A DNA stretch of 43,750 nucleotides from Coriobacteriia bacterium. GTDB lineage: Bacteria; Actinomycetota; Coriobacteriia; Anaerosomatales; PHET01. Position 1 is the stretch's first letter. The number at the start of each line of letters is the position of its first letter. The DNA is taken from NCBI GenBank assembly GCA_009779675.1, contig WRDS01000003.1:1-43750 (forward strand). Direction: 5' to 3'. This document shows, in pieces, positions 35,121 through 43,750 of the stretch. The notes under the pieces were generated by a model. It worked only from the letters and a program-made list of their open reading frames with translations, was not told the origin of the DNA and ran no database searches. The position numbers and the translations under genes are program-made.

Positions 35121-35944
35121 TCAACTGTCACCCCAGCACACCTCTTCAGCGTCAAAGACCGGCCCGTCCACACAGGCTCGCATCTGCCCTGACCGAGTGG
35201 GCACGATGCACGAAAAGCATGCCCCGATCCCGCATGCCATCAGTCGTTCAAGCGATGCCTGACAGGGCACGCCGAGTGTCTTCGCATGCCGAGCAACCAG
35301 CCGTTGCATCGGCTCAGGGCCACAGCAAAAGACAGCGTCGAAGCCTGCCTCGGCGAGCATGCGCTCGGCGAGTACGGTGACGAACCCCTGATGGCCAAGG
35401 CTGCCATCATCGGTCGCTACCTCCACGCGGTCTGCTAAGCGCCGAAAGAGCTCCAGGGCGATCAGACGGTCTGCGCTCGCCCCCCCAAGCGCAACCTCCA
35501 CGTGCCTGCCCTGCGAGGCAAGTTGCTCGGCAAGCATGCCCAGAGGTGCCGCGCCGAGACCGCCACCTACAAGGAGCAGGCTTTTTGCGTGGGTCGGGAT
35601 CTGCCATCCTTTTCCCAGCGGGCCCACGATGTCCATGCGCTCCTCGCCCACCGGCAGGGCGCTAAGGAGCCCCGTGCCCCGACCGACAACCTGGTAGAGG
35701 ATCTCGATGCACCTCCCCCGCACTCGGTGCACAGAGAACGGTCGTCTGAGCACGTGATCATCCGCACGGGTGATACGCAGGTGCACGAACTGGCCCGGGA
35801 GGATCGTAGCGGCGCAACGCGGTGCTTGAAGCAAAAGCCGCCAGATGCCGTCGGCAAGCTGCTCGTGTTCCGTGATGCGCACCTTCTCGATGCCCGGCGC
35901 GGCCGCGGCAGGCGGCACCGGCACCTCGGCGGGCAGCGACCCAC

Positions 35945-35948
<4 letters not shown>
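35121..35948 (-). CDS. pyrK: Dihydroorotate dehydrogenase electron-transfer subunit
   Basis: [56 protein letters not shown]. Confidence 0.94.
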
Positions 35949-39160
<3,212 letters not shown>

Positions 39161-40396
39161 TTACGCACCCGCCTTCATCAGGTTCACGAACTCTTTGAAC
39201 AGCGACCGGGAGTCATGCGGCCCCGCCGCTGCCTCAGGATGGTACTGCACGGAGAACGCCGGCACATCGAGCAACCGGATCCCCTCACACGTCATGTCGT
39301 TGAGATTCACGTGCGTCAGCTGCACGCGCCCGAAACCCTCTGAGCGCACCACAGGTGCCACACCCGCCTGCACCCACGCCCGAAGGTCGGCCGTGTCCAT
39401 GTCAAGCCCGCCGCTCTCGGCCACGTCAAGCCTGCCGACACTTGCAAAATCCAGGCAGAACCCGTGGTTCTGGCTCGTGATCTCGACTTTGCCGGTACGC
39501 AGGTTCTTGACCGGCTGGTTCGCTCCTCGGTGACCGTATTTGAGCTTGAACACCGATGCCCCGACCGCAAGCCCAAGCATCTGGTGCCCAAGGCATATTC
39601 CAAAGACCGGACGCTTGCCAAGAAGGATCCGTAGCGTCTCGAAGAGGTAGTCGACCGCCGAGGGGTCACCCGGCCCATTCGCGACAAAGATGCCATCGGG
39701 CTTGTGCTCAAGGATCGTCTCGGCGGGCGTGGTAGGCGGCACCACAATCACTTCGCAGCCCACTTCGGAGAGCTGCCGGGCGATGTTGTACTTTATCCCG
39801 GAGTCAAGCGCGACCACCCGGTAATCCGGCTTTATGGGCACCGCACCGATGTCCGCCGGAACACCACCCCCGGGCACCAGGCCGCCCCAGCGATATGCAC
39901 TGCTCACGGCTACCTCGGCGACCAGGTCACGCCCCACGAGGCCCGGAGAGGCTTTTGCCTTGGCAACAACCGACTCCTCGTCGAGGTCCACCGTCGAGAT
40001 CACCGCTTTAAGCGCGCCGCACTCACGGATGTGCCGCACAAGCCTGCGCGTATCCACTCCTTCGATGGCGACCACGTTGTGCCGCACGAAAAAGTCGCGC
40101 AAAGACCCCTCGGCACGCCAGCTTGACGGGCTCCTGCTGAGCGCACGCACCACAAAGCCCCTGGCGAAGACGGCACGCGACTCCATATCTGCCGCATTCA
40201 CGCCATAGTTGCCGATGTGCGGGCTTGTCATCGTGATGATCTGCCCGGCGTAGGAGGGGTCGCTGAATATCTCCTGATAACCGGTCATCGACGTGTTGAA
40301 GCAGATCTCCCCATCCACCTCGCCGGCCACACCGCATGAGAAGCCGTGGAACACCGTCCCATCCTCGAGCGCAAGCAGTGCTTTTGAACGCGTCAC
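39161..40396 (-). CDS. carA: Carbamoyl-phosphate synthase small subunit
   Basis: LALEDGT.F.G, FNTSMTGYQE..SDPSY, NGPGDP, FGICLGHQ, TSQNHGF, SVQYHPEA. Confidence 0.97.
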   Translation of the reverse strand: MTRSKALLALEDGTVFHGFSCGVAGEVDGEICFNTSMTGYQEIFSDPSYAGQIITMTSPHIGNYGVNAADMESRAVFARGFVVRALSRSPSSWRAEGSLRDFFVRHNVVAIEGVDTRRLVRHIRECGALKAVISTVDLDEESVVAKAKASPGLVGRDLVAEVAVSSAYRWGGLVPGGGVPADIGAVPIKPDYRVVALDSGIKYNIARQLSEVGCEVIVVPPTTPAETILEHKPDGIFVANGPGDPSAVDYLFETLRILLGKRPVFGICLGHQMLGLAVGASVFKLKYGHRGANQPVKNLRTGKVEITSQNHGFCLDFASVGRLDVAESGGLDMDTADLRAWVQAGVAPVVRSEGFGRVQLTHVNLNDMTCEGIRLLDVPAFSVQYHPEAAAGPHDSRSLFKEFVNLMKAGA

Positions 40397-41895
40397 GTGC
40401 CGACCACCTTTCCGTTCCTAAGTGCAAACCGACCGCCCACGAGCACCTCGGTCGCCTTTCCTGAGAGCGTGGTACCCAAAAACGCAGAGTTCGCCGAGCG
40501 GCTCTCGAAAAACTCTGGAACCACCGGGACTTCTGCCTCCGGGTCAATGACGGTGATGTCTGCAACGGCTCCTTTTTCAAGGTGCACCGGCGAAAGTCCG
40601 AGGACCTTGCGCGGGCCGTGGGCCATGAGCTGCACCAGGGTGCCCCAGTCGAGTCGACCTGCGCTGCCAGGCAGGTTTGAGCCGCCGAGCGAGCCTGCGG
40701 TGCCACACGAGCTGGAACCGATCAGGTTCGTGACCATGAGCGGCAACGCCGTCTCAAGGCCGGTAGTCCCAAACGGTGCCAGCTCGAACTCCAACGCCTT
40801 CTCATGCGGCGCATGCGGCGCATGGTCACTTGCGATGCAATCGACCGTGCCATCGAGCAGCGCTGCCACAAGCGCCTCTCTGTCTGCAGCGGTGCGCAGC
40901 GGCGGGTTCATCTTGAGGTTCGTGTCATATGCATCGCCGAGCGCGCCCTCGTCAAGGAACAGGTGGTGCGGCGTGACCTCGCAGGTGACCGAGATGCCTC
41001 GCTTCTTGGCCGCTCGCACAAGCCCGACCGATCCTGCGGTTGAAAGATGCGCCAGATGCAGGCGGCAGCCTGTCAGCTCGGCAAGCCTGATGTCGCGGGC
41101 GGCATGGATCTCCTCGGCAGCAGCCGGCCACCCGGGCAGCCCGAGCCTGGTTGAGGCCGAGCCTTCGTTCACCACGCCTCTGCCAACAAGCCCCTCGTCC
41201 TCGCAGTGGCTGATCACCGTGGCACCAAACTGCTTTGCGTAATCCATGACAAGCCGAGTCATCCCCGCACTCTGCACCCCATGCCCGTCATCGGAGAAGG
41301 CGACCGCGCCCTCGGCGAGCATATCGCCCATCTCGGCCAGGGCCTCGCCCTTGCTGCCGACGGTGCACGCGCCTATCGGGTACACCCGCACCAGCCCCTC
41401 GGCCGCCGCACGCTCCCGCAAGAACCGGGCCTTGCTGCCGGTATCACAGACGGGCGAGGTGTTGGGCATCGCGGCGATGCCCGTGAAGCCGCCGTGCGCA
41501 GCTGCACGGGTGCCCGTTGCAACTGTCTCCTTGTCCTCGCGCCCAGGCTCGCGCAGGTGCACGTGGATGTCGACGAGGCCGGGCGCAGCGATCTTCCCGG
41601 CGCATTCGACAACTATGGGTGCGCCATCTTGGCCATGGGCATCCGCAGCCGATCCGAGGTCCGGGCCGATGTTGGCAATACGTCCGCCCTCGATGAGGAT
41701 GTCGGCGACCTCGTCACGGCCAACGGCCGGGTCAACGAGGCGTGCGCCCCGAAGCAGGACCGGGGCCACCGGGATCCCCGAAGCCACCGAGGTCATCGGG
41801 GTCATCAGGGTCCCCGGGATCCCCGGAGCCACCGAGACCGCTTTGCCCGAGCCTTGCGCCCGTGCCATCTTCTCTCGCGCTGCTTCCTCCCCCAT
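40393..41895 (-). CDS. pyrC: Dihydroorotase
   Basis: PGLVDIHVHLREPG, MPNT.P..D, FSDDG, HCED, CEVTPHHL, KMNPPLR, ASDHAPH. Confidence 0.96.
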   Translation of the reverse strand: MGEEAAREKMARAQGSGKAVSVAPGIPGTLMTPMTSVASGIPVAPVLLRGARLVDPAVGRDEVADILIEGGRIANIGPDLGSAADAHGQDGAPIVVECAGKIAAPGLVDIHVHLREPGREDKETVATGTRAAAHGGFTGIAAMPNTSPVCDTGSKARFLRERAAAEGLVRVYPIGACTVGSKGEALAEMGDMLAEGAVAFSDDGHGVQSAGMTRLVMDYAKQFGATVISHCEDEGLVGRGVVNEGSASTRLGLPGWPAAAEEIHAARDIRLAELTGCRLHLAHLSTAGSVGLVRAAKKRGISVTCEVTPHHLFLDEGALGDAYDTNLKMNPPLRTAADREALVAALLDGTVDCIASDHAPHAPHEKALEFELAPFGTTGLETALPLMVTNLIGSSSCGTAGSLGGSNLPGSAGRLDWGTLVQLMAHGPRKVLGLSPVHLEKGAVADITVIDPEAEVPVVPEFFESRSANSAFLGTTLSGKATEVLVGGRFALRNGKVVGT

Positions 41896-42815
41896 CAGTC
41901 CTCCCCCCCGAGCAGCAAATACATTGCCGCCATGCGCACAGCAACTCCTGCATTCACCTGGTCGAGCACTAATGAGCGGTCGCTGTCGGCTACCCCCGCC
42001 GAGATCTCCACACCGCGGTTCATCGGGCCAGGATGCATGATGATCGCATCTGGGCGCATGCGCGCAAGCCGTGCCTCGTTCATACCGAACAGCCTCGCGT
42101 ACTCACGCAGGCTCGGGAAAGGCATGCCCTCGGCCCGCTCCATCTGGACGCGCAGCAGATAAACGACATCGAGCTCGGGGAGCACGTCATCGAGTGAGGT
42201 GACAGCCTTTACGCCAAGCGCATCCGCACGCGCAGGAAGCAGCGTTGGCGGTGCGATCAGGACCGGATGCGCGCCGACCGCGATAAGCCCCCGCACAAGC
42301 GAGCCCGCGACACGCGAGTGGCAGACATCACCCACGATCCCCACACGGAGCCCATGAAGCCGCCCCAATCGCTCCCGCATCGTGAAAAGGTCGAGCAGCG
42401 CCTGAGTCGGGTGCTCGTGCATCCCGTCGCCGCCGTTGATGACGTGCGCGTCCATGTGGCGGGCGAGTATCTGAGGCGCTCCCGCATAGCGATGCCGAAC
42501 GACCACCAGATCGCACACCATCGCCGAGAGCGTCTCGGCGGTATCGGCGAGCGATTCGCCCTTCACCGTTGCCGAGGCATCCCCCGAGAAGTTGACTGCG
42601 TCCGCCGAGAGACGCTTTGCCGCTATCTCGAAACTCGTGCGCGTGCGGGTCGACGGTTCAAGGAAGAGGTTCACGATCGTGCGGCCACGTAGCGTAGGCA
42701 ACTTTTTGATGCGCCGCTCGTTGACCTCCTTGAACGACTCGGCAGTATCTAGGACTAGCTCGATCTCGGCAGGAGTCAGGTCCTCGATGCTGATGATGTG
42801 CTTGGTGGCAAGCAT
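41895..42815 (-). CDS. pyrB: Aspartate carbamoyltransferase catalytic subunit
   Basis: F.EPSTRTRTSFE, KGESL.DT, HPTQALLD, HSRVA.S, LRVQMER, HPGPMNRG.EI. Confidence 0.97.
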   Translation of the reverse strand: MLATKHIISIEDLTPAEIELVLDTAESFKEVNERRIKKLPTLRGRTIVNLFLEPSTRTRTSFEIAAKRLSADAVNFSGDASATVKGESLADTAETLSAMVCDLVVVRHRYAGAPQILARHMDAHVINGGDGMHEHPTQALLDLFTMRERLGRLHGLRVGIVGDVCHSRVAGSLVRGLIAVGAHPVLIAPPTLLPARADALGVKAVTSLDDVLPELDVVYLLRVQMERAEGMPFPSLREYARLFGMNEARLARMRPDAIIMHPGPMNRGVEISAGVADSDRSLVLDQVNAGVAVRMAAMYLLLGGED

Positions 42816-42821
42816 CCTCGA

Positions 42822-43432
<611 letters not shown>

Positions 43433-43497
43433 AATAGCGTGCACCGCGACATGTCAAAACACGACATGCCATAAGCGAGCACTGCGATATTAAAATT

Positions 43498-43534
43498 CGC
43501 CCTTGTCGGTCTCACAGAACCGGACTTAAAGGTT
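43498..43534 (-). promoter_or_regulatory. PyrR-binding RNA loop (pyr attenuator)
   Basis: Minus strand CCTTTAA-GTCC-GGTTCTGTGAGACC-GAC-AAGGG, matching the CUUUAA...RGUCCnGnGAGGCY...AAGG PyrR binding-loop pattern. Confidence 0.8.
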
Positions 43535-43750
43535 CGATTCAGAATAGCTTAAAGCGTGGACGGAACGCAACTACGCTTTGCCTTTCAATTAGGCACGCAG
43601 CAGGAATCGGCGGGGATCACTGTTTTAGATACTCCACTCTTTTACAGTTTGAGTAGCTGATCTCGATAACGTTCCCGCAGGCTGGAATGCCTTTTCTTTT
43701 GTCAAGTCTTCAGAATGTTTTTCATTGCATAATCTTGTAGATTTGCTACC

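Noticed and set aside
39330-39450. Insertion in CarA as an intein or novel element
   Set aside because: Short, lacks intein motifs, and resembles an insertion I recall from other Coriobacteriia CarA proteins

Overview
GC-rich actinobacterial chromosome segment. mIHF, a CarA with a long internal insertion and CWB2-anchored surface proteins suggest Coriobacteriia (inference). Most of the window is a minus-strand housekeeping run: pyrR-pyrB-pyrC-carA-carB-pyrK-pyrD, mihF-gmk-rpoZ-thiI-(DUF3524/QTMAN-like glycosyltransferase)-(alpha-oxoamine synthase)-coaBC-DUF190, then metK-priA-def-fmt-rsmB-glpX, a PASTA/pseudo-amidase plus M23 pair, thiT-thiN and a GAF/HD-GYP protein. rpmB, an FmdB-type gene and psiE-gltX lie on the plus strand. 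It also holds tRNA-Pro(GGG) with a small decaying accessory islet, an RCC1-repeat/CWB2 surface protein and its pseudogenised paralogue, a PyrR attenuator and a SAM-I riboswitch. The best candidate for novelty is a TPP-like riboswitch upstream of thiT-thiN. It keeps the pyrimidine-sensing arm and the L5 loop, lacks the pyrophosphate-sensing internal loop, and still has a coherent anti-aptamer/anti-SD expression platform. Other notable points are a bacterial QTMAN/GTDC1 homologue next to thiI, a hairpin inserted into the SAM-I J1/2 strand, a catalytically dead amidase fused to PASTA repeats and a histone-H1-like tail, mosaic RCC1 blades, and many short direct-repeat duplications at gene junctions and inside enzymes. 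No CRISPR, transposase, integrase or reverse transcriptase was seen. All calls were made by eye, without database searches.
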